A stretch of 64,000 nt of DNA from Acidobacteriota bacterium. Its GTDB lineage: Bacteria > Acidobacteriota > Terriglobia > Terriglobales > Acidobacteriaceae. Numbering within the stretch: the first letter of the stretch is position 1; every line of letters begins with the position of its first letter. The stretch lies in assembly GCA_003225005.1 (NCBI GenBank), contig QIAN01000055.1, positions 3,275-67,274 of the forward strand, given 5' to 3'. Under the pieces are notes generated by a model, which saw nothing but the letters and a program-made list of their open reading frames with translations, searched no databases and was not told the origin of the DNA. Position numbers and translations under genes: made by a program. Positions 19,895 through 29,687 of this stretch are shown here, piece by piece.

Positions 19895-21139
19895 TTGGCT
19901 ACTACCACGAATAATTCGAAAGCGGCTTCACGCGCGCGTTGGGTCTGGCTGCTGCTGGGCGTAGCAGTAATCGCGTTGATCGTTTTCGTTTCTCGCCGCG
20001 GACCGGTGCCCGTGCGCGCGACCACGGTTGAACGAGGACCCATCCGCAGCCTCGTTTCTACCAATGGCAAAATCGAGCCGGTGCAGAATTTCGAAGCCCA
20101 CGCCCCGATTGCCACCACCGTCAAGCGCCTGCTTGTAAAGGAGGGTGACCACGTCCGCAAAGGGCAACTGCTGTTGCAACTCGATGACGCCGACATTCGT
20201 AGTCAGGCAGCGAAGGCCCAGTCGCTGATACGAGCCGCGCAGGCTGACCAAAGTGCTCTTAACACCGGAGGTACGCATGAAGAAGTACTCACGATTGAGG
20301 TACAGCTCGTAAAAGCCCGCGCGGCCCGCGACACTGCCCAGCGCAATCTGGAATCGTTCCGCCGCTTGCAGCAACAGGGCGCGGCCTCCTCTGGCGAGGT
20401 CAAACAGTCCGAAGACAGCCTGCAGCGAGCTCAAGCGGACGTCACCTTGCTGGAGCAGAAGCAGAAAGACCGTTACTCGCAGCCCGAAGTCGCCAAAGTG
20501 CAGGCACAGGGCGCCGAAGCGGAGGCCAGCTACCAAGCCGCCGAAGACGCACTCGCCAAATCCAATCTGCGCGCGCCCTTTGATGGCATCGTCTATTCCC
20601 TTCCCCTAAAGCAGGGCGCGTTTGTGCAGGCAGGAGATTTACTTCTGCAGGAAGCTGATCTTTTGCATGTGCTGGTGCGCGCCTTCGTCGACGAGCCCGA
20701 CATAGGCCGCCTCGCATCCGGACAGAGAGTCGAAGTCACCTGGGACGCAGTCCCCGGACGCATCTGGAATGGCGCAGTGAGCGCGGTCCCTTCCACCGTA
20801 AAACTCCATGGCACGCGCAACGTGGGTGAAGCTACGTGCGTCGTGGATAATCGCGACTTCAAGCTTCTGCCCAACATAAACGTAAATGTGACAACCATTA
20901 CTGCCGAGCACAAGAACGCTCTCACTGTGCTGCGGGAGGCAGTTCGCATGGACGACAGTAAGTCCTACGTCTACCAGATCGTTGAGGGTAAACTGAAAAG
21001 ACGCGAAGTCGAAATCTCCCTGCAAAACCTCACGCGGGTCGAGATCACCGCTGGGCTAGCCGAGGGTGCACTGGTAGCCCTCGGCACTGCCGACTCCAAA
21101 CCGCTATACGACGGCACCGCAGTCAAGGTGGTGCCATAG
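19895..21139 (+). CDS. Efflux membrane-fusion (HlyD/MacA-like periplasmic adaptor) protein
   Basis: 414 aa. It has an N-terminal TM helix, a lipoyl-like hairpin (GKIEPVQNFEAHAP..VKEGDHVRKGQLLLQLDD), a coiled coil and a beta-barrel C-terminus. Confidence 0.75.
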   Translation: MATTTNNSKAASRARWVWLLLGVAVIALIVFVSRRGPVPVRATTVERGPIRSLVSTNGKIEPVQNFEAHAPIATTVKRLLVKEGDHVRKGQLLLQLDDADIRSQAAKAQSLIRAAQADQSALNTGGTHEEVLTIEVQLVKARAARDTAQRNLESFRRLQQQGAASSGEVKQSEDSLQRAQADVTLLEQKQKDRYSQPEVAKVQAQGAEAEASYQAAEDALAKSNLRAPFDGIVYSLPLKQGAFVQAGDLLLQEADLLHVLVRAFVDEPDIGRLASGQRVEVTWDAVPGRIWNGAVSAVPSTVKLHGTRNVGEATCVVDNRDFKLLPNINVNVTTITAEHKNALTVLREAVRMDDSKSYVYQIVEGKLKRREVEISLQNLTRVEITAGLAEGALVALGTADSKPLYDGTAVKVVP

Positions 21140-21142
21140 TTC

Positions 21143-22105
21143 ATGAAGAGCCCTCGAATAGCACGGGCGGTGCTATTTCTCGCACTCTCGCTTCCCGCGC
21201 GAGCCGCCGCCGATTCCCCCAAAGATCTGCTCGCTGCCGGACGCGTAGACGATGCCATCCAAACCTTGAAGCAGCAAATCAGCCATTCCCCAACTGACGC
21301 CGAAGCAAACAACCTGCTCTGCCGCGCTTACTTCATGCTCGAAGAATGGGACCATGGCATCTCCGCCTGCGAACGAGCCGTCAATCTCGCGCCGCAAAAC
21401 AGTCTCTACCATCTTTGGCTAGGTCGCGTCTACGGAGAAAAAGCTGACCGCGCCGGATTCCTGAGCGCCGCCGGCCTGGCAAAAAAAGTTCGCAGCGAAT
21501 TCGAGCGCGCCGTTGAACTCGATCCGAAAAGCTGGCAGGCACGCGCGGATTTGGCTGAGTTCTATCTAGAAGCTCCCGGAATCGTTGGGGGCGGCAAAGA
21601 CAAGGCACGCGCACAGGCCGATGTGCTGGCGTCGTTAAATCCTGCCATGGCGCACTACATGAACGGCCGCATCGCCGAGAAGAATGAGGACATCGCCACG
21701 GCCGAGCGCAAGTACCGCGCCGCCATCGAAGCCAGTCACGGAGGAGCCCACGCCTGGCTGAACCTCGCTCTCTTCTATCGTCACCAGAATCGTCTTGATG
21801 AAATGGAGCAAGGCCTGCGCACCATGGAGTCGCGTCCGCTAGATCGTCCCGAATCGCTTATGGATGGCGGCAGTATCGCGCTGCGGACCGGCCGCAACTA
21901 CGCTCTCGGCATCGAGCTAGTACGAAAGTACCTTTCCGGACCTACCGTCGAAGAAGGGCCAGCCTTCAAAGCGCACTACATACTCGGCCAGTTGCTGGAA
22001 AAACAAGGAGACCGCCCAGCCGCTGCGCAAAAATACCGGGCCGCGCTAGCCCTGGCCCGCGAATACACCAGCGCCCAGGAAGCCCTGAAGCGAGTAGAAC
22101 GCTGA
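21143..22105 (+). CDS. Secreted TPR-repeat protein
   Basis: 320 aa with a signal peptide and repeated TPR-like A..Y......G....A helices. It starts 4 nt after the adaptor stop. Confidence 0.6.
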   Translation: MKSPRIARAVLFLALSLPARAAADSPKDLLAAGRVDDAIQTLKQQISHSPTDAEANNLLCRAYFMLEEWDHGISACERAVNLAPQNSLYHLWLGRVYGEKADRAGFLSAAGLAKKVRSEFERAVELDPKSWQARADLAEFYLEAPGIVGGGKDKARAQADVLASLNPAMAHYMNGRIAEKNEDIATAERKYRAAIEASHGGAHAWLNLALFYRHQNRLDEMEQGLRTMESRPLDRPESLMDGGSIALRTGRNYALGIELVRKYLSGPTVEEGPAFKAHYILGQLLEKQGDRPAAAQKYRAALALAREYTSAQEALKRVER

Positions 22106-22147
22106 TTCGGGTGGCAAGGTTGAAGGCGCTGTTCCACAAATAGCCGA

Positions 22148-22326
22148 GTCGAATTCCGAGAAGATTTCTTCGATGCCTTCAACTATGCAAATCTGGGTGC
22201 GAACAACTTGACTGGTGTCAGCAACGTTCTGAACCCCGAAGTGTTCCAAAACGTCCAGATCAATTCTGGATGGATAACAGCTTCTAAACCGGTCATCTGC
22301 CAAGCATCCCAACCTTCCTTTTCTTG
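22148..22326 (+). pseudogene. Possible C-terminal relic of a TonB-dependent receptor
   Basis: My translation is VEFREDFFDAFNYANLGANNLTGVSNVLNPEVFQ.., which resembles the ..FRAEFFN.FNH.NFG.. terminal strands of acidobacterial TBDRs. There is no upstream ORF. Confidence 0.3.
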
Positions 22327-22443
22327 AAAGGGTGAGGTTCCACCTCAATCTAAAATCCCCCCGCCACGCCCTCCGCCATTTAACATTCCGCTTGCATCAG
22401 ATAGTCCATAGAATCATCCCAGATCACTTCATGAGGGGACACG

Positions 22444-23763
22444 ATGACAAGAAGATCGTGGTGTGTTGCGCATGCAAAATGGTCAATGGTTGCGTTAGTG
22501 CTAATACTGTTGCCAGGCACGCTGTTGGCGGAGCCAATCACGCTTAGGCGCGCTGTGGAACTCGCGCTAAAGCATGCAACGGCCTCCAGTATCGCTGCCG
22601 CTGATGAACAGCGCGCCTTTGCCAATTACCGCGAGCTGCGCAACAACTTGATCCCGCAAGTGACGGCCGGCGCCGGGCTGGGATGGTCCTACGGATTCCC
22701 CCTTAGCCTGGAAGGTGCTGCGCCATCCTTGTTCAATGTCACCGCGCAGTCGCCGATCTATCATTTTGAGCTCAAGGACTTTCTAAGAGCGGCGCGCGCC
22801 GACACTGCCGGAGCCGCGCTGCGCAGCAAAGACCAGCGCAATCAGGTGATTCAGGATACCGTCCTCAGCTACGCGGAGCTGCAAAAGTGGGAGCAGCGTT
22901 TGGCAGGACTCCGCGAGACCGAAACCGATGCGCAAAAAATGCAGGCCGCCGTCGCCCAACGCGTGAAAGAAGGTGTCGACAGCGAACTGGAGAACACAAA
23001 GGCGCGGCTTTCGGTGGCGCGCGTCCACATGAGAATCGCCGAAGCCGAGGGCGCCGCTGACGTCCTTCGCGAACGCCTGTCGAAACTTACCGGACTTCCT
23101 GCCGCCGGCATTCAAACCGAGGCCGATTCCCTGCCCGCTCTTCCCGCTGCCTCCGACCCCGATGTCCCGAGCAAAGCCGCCGACTCCAATCCCGCCGTCC
23201 AGGCCGCCTTTGAGCATGCTCGTGCCCAGTACCTGCGTGCCCGCGGCGAGCACAAATTGTGGGTGCCCAGCGTTGACTTTGCCGCGCAGTATGCCGTGCT
23301 CTCCCGCTTCAACAATTTTCAGAACTACTTTCAGCCCGGCAGCTTCGTGCGCAACAACGCCACTGTGGGCGGCGTAATTCGATTTAACTTTCTGAATTTC
23401 TCGCAAAGATCCCATGCCGAGGCCGCCGACGCTGGCGCGCTGAAAGCCCAGAAGCAAGCCGAAGACGCCCGCAACCAGGTCTCGGAAGAGACTCTCCGCC
23501 TGCAACGCACGCTAACTCAGCTGCAAGCCGCCCGCGACGTGGCTGAACTCGAATACGAAATAGCTCTGCAGGGTGTCGCAGCGGTCCGGACTCGCATGGA
23601 CGCAGGCACCGCCACGCTCCACGATCTCGACGATGCCCGCTCCCAGGCCAGCGAGCATTTCATCACGTTGCAGGACGTAACCTTCGAGCTCGAACGAAGC
23701 CAGGTCACACTCCTCCGCTCCACGGGAGACTTGGAAAAATGGGCCCTCGGAAGCAACCACTGA
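22444..23763 (+). CDS. TolC-family outer-membrane efflux protein
   Basis: 439 aa with a signal peptide. It has duplicated OEP repeats with a long coiled-coil character (LRRAVELALKHA.., ..LQAARDVAELEYEIALQG..). Confidence 0.8.
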   Translation: MTRRSWCVAHAKWSMVALVLILLPGTLLAEPITLRRAVELALKHATASSIAAADEQRAFANYRELRNNLIPQVTAGAGLGWSYGFPLSLEGAAPSLFNVTAQSPIYHFELKDFLRAARADTAGAALRSKDQRNQVIQDTVLSYAELQKWEQRLAGLRETETDAQKMQAAVAQRVKEGVDSELENTKARLSVARVHMRIAEAEGAADVLRERLSKLTGLPAAGIQTEADSLPALPAASDPDVPSKAADSNPAVQAAFEHARAQYLRARGEHKLWVPSVDFAAQYAVLSRFNNFQNYFQPGSFVRNNATVGGVIRFNFLNFSQRSHAEAADAGALKAQKQAEDARNQVSEETLRLQRTLTQLQAARDVAELEYEIALQGVAAVRTRMDAGTATLHDLDDARSQASEHFITLQDVTFELERSQVTLLRSTGDLEKWALGSNH

Positions 23764-24003
23764 CCATCGGAATTTGGGCCGTGGAGATTCCGCCGCCCAG
23801 CCCAGGTCCCGCCCAACCCCGCATTTCCCAATTCGCTGCAATAAAACCCGCATTCAACGGACCCCTGTTCCGCTCCGCGAACGCAGCTAGTAAATTGAAA
23901 CCAGACAGTTTATCCAGCAGACCTTCGCCAAAAGCGGACCTGAAGTAACACGCCCGCGCAAGTGAAAGTGGCGTAGCGTCTGTTAAAATGAAGACTTACC
24001 CAT

Positions 24004-25476
24004 ATGCCTCTAAAGACACTGTTTTTGAACCCGCCTTCGTTCGAGAATTTTGACGGAGGTGCGGGCTCCCGCTGGCCCGCCACCCGCGAAATTGAGAGTT
24101 ATTGGTATCCGGTGTGGCTGGCTTATCCGGCAGGAATGCTGGAGGGTGCGCGGCTTTTGGATGCGCCTCCGCATCATATTTCGGCGGAGCAGACCATTGA
24201 GATTGCCAAGAGTTATGAATTTCTAGTGCTGTTTACCTCGACTCCAGGCTTCCCGGGGGACATTGGATTGGCACGGGAAATCAAGAAGGCCAATCCCACC
24301 ATCAAGATCGCTTTTGTGGGGCCGCATGTCAGCGTGCTGCCAGAGAAATCTTTGCGCGACTGTCCTTCGATCGACTTCGTTGCGCGCAAAGAATTTGACT
24401 TCGCCGTGGTGGATTATGCCAAGGGTAAGCTCTTAGAAGACATCACGGGCATTTCGTTTTTGAAGGACGGCGAACTCGTTCACAATCCCGATGCGCCGCA
24501 GATTCAGGATCTTGACGCGCTTCCGCACGTTACCGATGTTTACAAGCGCGACCTCGATGTCACCCGCTACAACGTGCCCTTCCTGCTAAATCCTTACGTT
24601 TCGCTTTACACCACTCGTGGCTGTCCGGCGCAATGCACATTTTGTCTGTGGCCGCAGACTTTGAGCGGGCATCCGTGGCGCAAGCGCTCCACCGACGATG
24701 TAGCGGCCGAAATGGCGAAGGTAAAAGAGTACTGGCCGGAAGTGAAGGAATTCTTTTTCGACGACGACACGTTCAATATTCAGAAAGCCCGCACCATCGA
24801 ACTCTGCGCGAAACTCAAGCCGCTGAAGCTGACCTGGTCGTGCACGTCGCGCGTGACCACCGATTTCGAAACGCTGAAAGCAATGAAGGAAGCGGGATGC
24901 CGGCTCCTCATCGTCGGGTACGAGTCAGGCGATCAGCAGATTCTGAAAAATATCAAGAAGGGCGCGACCGTCGAGCGTGCGCGCCAGTTCACCAAAGATT
25001 GCCACAAGCTTGGCCTTGTGATCCACGGCGATTTCATCATGGGTTTGCCGGGCGAGACGCACGAGACTATCAACAACACTATCGCGTTCGCCAAAGAGTT
25101 GGATGTCGAGACCATCCAAGTCTCCGTTGCTCATGCTTATCCCGGCACTGAGCTTTACGACTACGCGGTGCAAAACGGCTTCATGGTGAAGGACAGCAAG
25201 ATGGTGGATGAGGGTGGCCATCAACTCGCGCACATTCAGTATCCTGGGCTTGCCGCGGATGAAATTCTGAGCGCGGTGCATCGCTTTTACGACGAGTATT
25301 ACTTCCGTCCCAAAGCTGTTTTCCGCATCTTGAAGAAAGCGGCATTTAACAGCAACGACCGCAAGCGCTTGTACAAGGAAGCGAAGACTTTCCTGAAAGT
25401 GCGGTCGATGCGCAACAAGATGGTCCAACAGCATGGTGATGAGGCTGCAGCCGCGGCGGAGCCCGTCAAAGCCTGA
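24004..25476 (+). CDS. hpnJ: Hopanoid-associated B12-binding radical SAM protein
   Basis: 490 aa. The N-terminus LFLNPPSFENFDGGAGSRWPATREIESYWYPVWLAYPAGML is characteristic of HpnJ. The radical SAM cluster site is TTRGCPAQCTFC. Confidence 0.8.
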   Translation: MPLKTLFLNPPSFENFDGGAGSRWPATREIESYWYPVWLAYPAGMLEGARLLDAPPHHISAEQTIEIAKSYEFLVLFTSTPGFPGDIGLAREIKKANPTIKIAFVGPHVSVLPEKSLRDCPSIDFVARKEFDFAVVDYAKGKLLEDITGISFLKDGELVHNPDAPQIQDLDALPHVTDVYKRDLDVTRYNVPFLLNPYVSLYTTRGCPAQCTFCLWPQTLSGHPWRKRSTDDVAAEMAKVKEYWPEVKEFFFDDDTFNIQKARTIELCAKLKPLKLTWSCTSRVTTDFETLKAMKEAGCRLLIVGYESGDQQILKNIKKGATVERARQFTKDCHKLGLVIHGDFIMGLPGETHETINNTIAFAKELDVETIQVSVAHAYPGTELYDYAVQNGFMVKDSKMVDEGGHQLAHIQYPGLAADEILSAVHRFYDEYYFRPKAVFRILKKAAFNSNDRKRLYKEAKTFLKVRSMRNKMVQQHGDEAAAAAEPVKA

Positions 25477-25483
25477 GTTCTAA

Positions 25484-25933
25484 GTGAACCTTCGCAAGTA
25501 CATTGTTCTGGCCGGAGTCACGCTGTTCGCCGCAGGCGGCGACAGCCTGCTCTCTCATGGTATGAAGCAGTTGGGAAGCATTTCCCTCAACCATCTGCAA
25601 GGCGTTATCTTCGCCATCCTTAATCCCTGGGTGGCGGCCGGAATTATCCTTCTACTCGCCTTTTTTGCCTCGTACATGACCGCTCTCTCCTGGGCGGACC
25701 TCACTTACGTTTTGCCTGCGACCTCACTCGGCTATGTGCTACTGGCGCTGGTGGCAAAGTTCGCACTGCATGAGCAAGTCAGTCCGATGCGCTGGGCAGG
25801 GATCGCGTTGATCGCTGGCGGCGTGGGCTTCGTGGCGGGAGGTCCATCGCTGACATCGCACGCGCATCGCGAACGCCCCGAGCATCTGGTGGAAGTCGAT
25901 CCTGCCGAGATTTCCAGCGAGGTCGAGGTATGA
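25484..25933 (+). CDS. Half-size EamA/DMT-like membrane protein (ArnE/ArnF-like size class)
   Basis: 149 aa with 4 predicted TM helices and a GTG start 8 nt after the hpnJ stop. Confidence 0.6.
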   Translation: MNLRKYIVLAGVTLFAAGGDSLLSHGMKQLGSISLNHLQGVIFAILNPWVAAGIILLLAFFASYMTALSWADLTYVLPATSLGYVLLALVAKFALHEQVSPMRWAGIALIAGGVGFVAGGPSLTSHAHRERPEHLVEVDPAEISSEVEV

Positions 25934-26322
25934 AGCATCTCTACGCGAATCTCTACACCTGGAGCGCGATTCTCGCGATTGTGTTCGCCTCAGTTGTTGG
26001 CGATGTGCGGCTGTCGCGCGCCATGAAGCAGGTCGGGGATGTCGGTGCCTTGCGCCGGCGCCAAGGCTTGTGGACCGTAATCGTGCGGGTCCTGGGTAAT
26101 CAGAATTTCGTTCTCGGTGTCGCGGCCATGGCCGTAGCATTCTTCAGCCTGCTGTTCGCGCTCTCCTGGGGAGACGTGAGCCTCGTCGCCCCCGCCGCCG
26201 CTTCCCTCACCTTCATCGGCAACGCCTTCGCCGCCAAAATCTTCCTGCATGAACGAGTGGATCAGCGGCGGTGGATCGCCGCGGTGCTGGTCGCAGGGGG
26301 CGTGGCCTTGCTGGCGGGGTAA
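25930..26322 (+). CDS. Half-size EamA/DMT-like membrane protein, partner of the preceding gene
   Basis: 130 aa with 4 predicted TM helices. An ATGA overlap with the upstream gene suggests translational coupling and a heterodimer. Confidence 0.6.
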   Translation: MKHLYANLYTWSAILAIVFASVVGDVRLSRAMKQVGDVGALRRRQGLWTVIVRVLGNQNFVLGVAAMAVAFFSLLFALSWGDVSLVAPAAASLTFIGNAFAAKIFLHERVDQRRWIAAVLVAGGVALLAG

Positions 26323-26436
26323 GAAGAGGAGTTACCAGCCGAGGCAGCGATGCGGTTCGGGACACCTACCTCCCAGCGTGTCAGAAGTGGTTTCCTCCCA
26401 TTTGCAATTCCCGTACGGAACACGAGACAATGCCGC

Positions 26437-26891
26437 ATGAATGTCAGGCCGTCGCTTGTTGTCATTGCGGCGCTCGCGCTTGCCGCTTTGGATCTCGGAG
26501 TTGCGCAGAGCAAGGCAGGCCCGTCGTCAAAAATACTCGCGCTTGAGAGTAAGTGGAATGAAGCTTACAAGCACGGCGATGTCGCCGCCATGGAGTCGCT
26601 GTTGGCCGACGATTTTGTCATCACGGTTGAGGATGGTAGCACCTTCAGCAAATCCGGATACATTGCGCACAACGCAGATTCCGCGCTGCACGTGGAAATT
26701 TCAGACATGGCAGAAATCAAAGTCAGGATGCACGGCAATGTCGCGTTGTCACTGCGGCCTATCATGAAAAAGGGACATCCAATGGTAAGCTTTATGAATC
26801 GCGCGACCGTGCCACCGATGTGTGGATGAGAAACGCGAACGGCGGGTGGCAAGTCATCGCGGCCCACTACAGTATTCCAGCCAGGCAATAG
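26437..26891 (+). pseudogene. DUF4440/SnoaL-like (NTF2 fold) secreted protein, one frameshift
   Basis: MNVRPSLVVIAALALA.. ILALESKWNEAYKHGDVAAMESLLADDFVI ..MHGNVA, then the frame is lost. Restoring one G near 26745 gives VVTAAYHEKGTSNGKLYESRDRATDVWMRNANGGWQVIAAHYSIPARQ and a stop at 26889-26891. Confidence 0.65.
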
Positions 26892-27372
26892 GAAGGTTTG
26901 AGTTTCACGGTTCCCACCCGTCGGGAACCGCGACCGCCTAGTCGAAAGAGTTCCCCTTTTTCGCCAGGACGTGAACTCGTGGACTGAAAGACTTTACTCA
27001 CACCGGTCGAAAATTTACATAATTACTCCGGAGCCCACGCAAGCCGCCCTCCCAAATCCATCCGGTAATCCCCCTAGACCCCCAATTACCCGCCGTGGCA
27101 GGCACCAGCTGCTCTGGAGAACGAAACGCTAACTCCTAGATAAAACGGCATTACCGTGCCTGGCCCGCAACCGGGCGCCGGAAGCCGGGTTTGGCCTCCG
27201 ACCGGCCCGGCTGTTCCCTCACCCAACTCTGTGCCCTTTGGAGAGCCCTCTCCCCCAGTAAGGATGGCACGTGGAGTGCTATTGGCATGGTGGGCCTGCT
27301 TGCGGGGGCATTGTCTCGTAGCGCATGCCAAGGAGACCAGGAATCGCCCTTCGCGGGAGGAGTAAGAAGGCA

Positions 27373-28038
27373 ATGATTCCAATCCGGGTCATTTCTTTTC
27401 TGTTGTTTGCGGCTTGCGCGGCATTGTGCCAGCAGCTTCAGGAGAAGCCTGCATCGAGCTCACTTCCTGATGCTCCGTCGGTACAGGCTTCCGCCGAACC
27501 AGACACATTTCGGACGTTGGCGGCCTCGCCTTTGACGCTTGCTGCGGTTGGCGCTGATGGCCGTTTGACACGCGCATTCGAACTGGCAAACGCCGCTCGC
27601 CCTGCGCAACCCCGCTTTGCCCTTCTCGACTCAGTCGAGCCTGTTCAAAAAGAGTCCGGCGATTTCTTTGATAAGCACCTGTATCCGTCGTTGCTGAAAC
27701 GGCACCTAAATTATCATCCCGCATCCAGCGACAGTTTGATGGGCCGGGCGACCTATGCCGCCTCGCGCATTTTTGTCACCGACGATTCCGGCAAGAGCAG
27801 GCTGAACACCTCGTATTTTATAGGCGTGCTGACCTCAGCCGCTATCCACACCGCCTACCGTCCCTATTGGACACGCTCACCTTCGCAACCGTTCAACGAT
27901 TTTGGTTCCACGATTGGCAACGACGCCGGCATGAACCTCTTCCACGAGTTTGGCCCCGGTCTCCAGCAACTGATGAAAAGCCACGCCCCAAAATTCGTTT
28001 CCAGGATTGAAGATCGGCTCGGCGCAACGGCAAAGTGA
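27373..28038 (+). CDS. Secreted hypothetical protein
   Basis: Track ORF 27325..28038. Met 27373 starts a signal peptide (MIPIRVISFLLFAACAALCQQ). No family recognised. Confidence 0.5.
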   Translation: MIPIRVISFLLFAACAALCQQLQEKPASSSLPDAPSVQASAEPDTFRTLAASPLTLAAVGADGRLTRAFELANAARPAQPRFALLDSVEPVQKESGDFFDKHLYPSLLKRHLNYHPASSDSLMGRATYAASRIFVTDDSGKSRLNTSYFIGVLTSAAIHTAYRPYWTRSPSQPFNDFGSTIGNDAGMNLFHEFGPGLQQLMKSHAPKFVSRIEDRLGATAK

Positions 28039-28070
28039 CGCTAGAGCTGGGTTCCTATCATCATTCATGA

Positions 28071-28547
28071 TTAGTACTTGTCGTCATTCACTTCAATCCA
28101 GTAACCATCGGGATCCTGGAAGTAGATTTGCCGCACTCCGTCCGGACGGGCGGAAATTTTGCCATCCCCTTTGAAGTTGCGATATTTCACCTGCATCTGA
28201 TCGAGGTGAGTCATAAAGTCCGGCAGCGATGCCACCCGGAAAGCGGAGTGAACATCAATGTCATGCCGCGCGGCTTCCGTGGCGCCTCCCACTGCATGGA
28301 GTTGCTGGTGCGCGCCGCTGCGAAACCAGATATGCCGGCCGTCTTTGAACGGGTCGGGGATTCTTTCGAGGCCCACCACCTTTTCATAGAACTCGACACT
28401 CTTCGGCAGATCACGCACAAACACCGTGGTGTGATCCAGTTCGGGTCTGTTTGCCGCCGCCGATTGCGAAAAAAGCCAAGAACCCGGCAGAAAGAGATGT
28501 AGGGACAGGAGCAAGGCAATCGCGATTTTTCCCACCGTTTTTCTCAT
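28071..28547 (-). CDS. VOC/glyoxalase-family protein with signal peptide
   Basis: Track ORF 28071..28619, likely starting at Met 28547 (MRKTVGKIAIALLL..). VOC motifs are HTTVFVRDLPKSVEFYEKVVGL and IYFQDPDGYWIEV. Confidence 0.7.
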   Translation of the reverse strand: MRKTVGKIAIALLLSLHLFLPGSWLFSQSAAANRPELDHTTVFVRDLPKSVEFYEKVVGLERIPDPFKDGRHIWFRSGAHQQLHAVGGATEAARHDIDVHSAFRVASLPDFMTHLDQMQVKYRNFKGDGKISARPDGVRQIYFQDPDGYWIEVNDDKY

Positions 28548-28677
28548 GGCTGGGAATCCTACAATAGACAACTGCGGAGTGAAAGATAAAAGCTGGTAAG
28601 CGAACGGCGGTCCTGTCAAGATCCAACGGTTGATCTTGTTCTCCTAACCACCTGATTCAGCATAAGATTCACTCGTC

Positions 28678-28890
28678 ATGGGAGTGCCGGCCGTGGCCAG
28701 CGAAAACGGCCGCAGGCCCACTGGAATCCTCACCTCTCAGGAACGAATGTTGCGGACATGGTGGTCGAAGTTGGGTTACGTTACGGAACACTACTTAGAG
28801 ATCAAGTGCGGGCTTCCGCCGGAAACCCGGGACGACAACATCGCCAAAATGGCGGAGTGGCTGCTGCAGAATCATCGAGCAGTGATCTGA
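28678..28890 (+). CDS. Hypothetical small protein
   Basis: 70-aa ORF with no motif recognised. It is called only because it is the sole sizeable frame in this gap. Confidence 0.25.
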   Translation: MGVPAVASENGRRPTGILTSQERMLRTWWSKLGYVTEHYLEIKCGLPPETRDDNIAKMAEWLLQNHRAVI

Positions 28891-28931
28891 TGAACCGTGC
28901 ATGACAGCTTGCTACAGAAGGCAGAGTTCTC

Positions 28932-29282
28932 GTGATACCCTACGACCGCCATCTCACCGGGTTAACGTCGAGCCTTAAGGAGAGCAGCGGATCTTCCACT
29001 GGCGCGGTCCATTCAATGATTGAGGCTAAGAAGCACAACGTGAAGAAGGCCCTCATATTCGGCAGCTTCTTCGTCGCACACTCGGCGGCGCAATTCTGGT
29101 CGTGGGCTTATGCATTGCGCAATAGCACGGCCAGTCAGTTCTGGGCCATACTTTCGGCGCCGCTCGTCCAGTTGGCCGGATTTTTCGCAAGTCAGTATTT
29201 CTGGATTGTAGCGGAGCTCAATAGTCTGTTGTGGGCCGCGGCATTAAGTTTTGTCGTTTTTCAATTTTTTATGGAGCCGTGA
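28932..29282 (+). CDS. Hypothetical membrane protein
   Basis: 116 aa with three hydrophobic helices in the C-terminal two thirds. Confidence 0.35.
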   Translation: MIPYDRHLTGLTSSLKESSGSSTGAVHSMIEAKKHNVKKALIFGSFFVAHSAAQFWSWAYALRNSTASQFWAILSAPLVQLAGFFASQYFWIVAELNSLLWAAALSFVVFQFFMEP

Positions 29283-29317
29283 AGTACCTGATCCTGTACA
29301 GGACGGGCCTTCCCTCG

Positions 29318-29563
29318 TTAAGCAACCTTCTTCACTCGTGTTCCGAAAACCATGCTCTTCGGCGTGAGCGCGTTTGCGACTGCATGGCCGGCTTGATCGG
29401 ACGCGCTGGCCGGCGGTAAGCGATAGAAGCTGTTGTTCAGCTCAACCGTCTCAAAGTGCCGGACATAGAAATCCAGGAGTTTGGTGGCGGGCGTCTTTTA
29501 GAACGGCCCTTTCCAGTGCTTGGAGTGGAAGCCCGAGGTGCCGATGCGGATGTCGCAGGTCAT
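29318..29563 (-). pseudogene. DUF72 (UPF0759) family relic
   Basis: My translation is MTCDIRIGTSGFHSKHWKGPF-TAA(29498-29500)-KTPATKLLDFYVRHFETVELNNSFYRLP... The DUF72 N-terminal signature is present with a nonsense codon where Tyr is expected. The frame ends after ~80 of the ~250 expected codons. Confidence 0.6.
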
Positions 29564-29687
29564 TCACAGAAATGGATGACTGCGAAAAGGAGAGTGTTGG
29601 CAAGCTTTCGCATTCGAGTAAACATTTTTGCAACGAGTGCTGAAAGCAACACCGAGGCCGAATTTCTGCCTTGGCGTTGGGACCTGA

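Noticed and set aside
26892-27372. 480-nt gap containing the hairpin GGTTCCC-acccgtc-GGGAACC (26909-26929) and GC-rich segments, considered as an ncRNA or a terminator.
   Set aside because: No U tract follows the stem, I recognise no conserved RNA motif, and the ORFs here are Pro/Gly-rich shadows. There is not enough evidence for a call.
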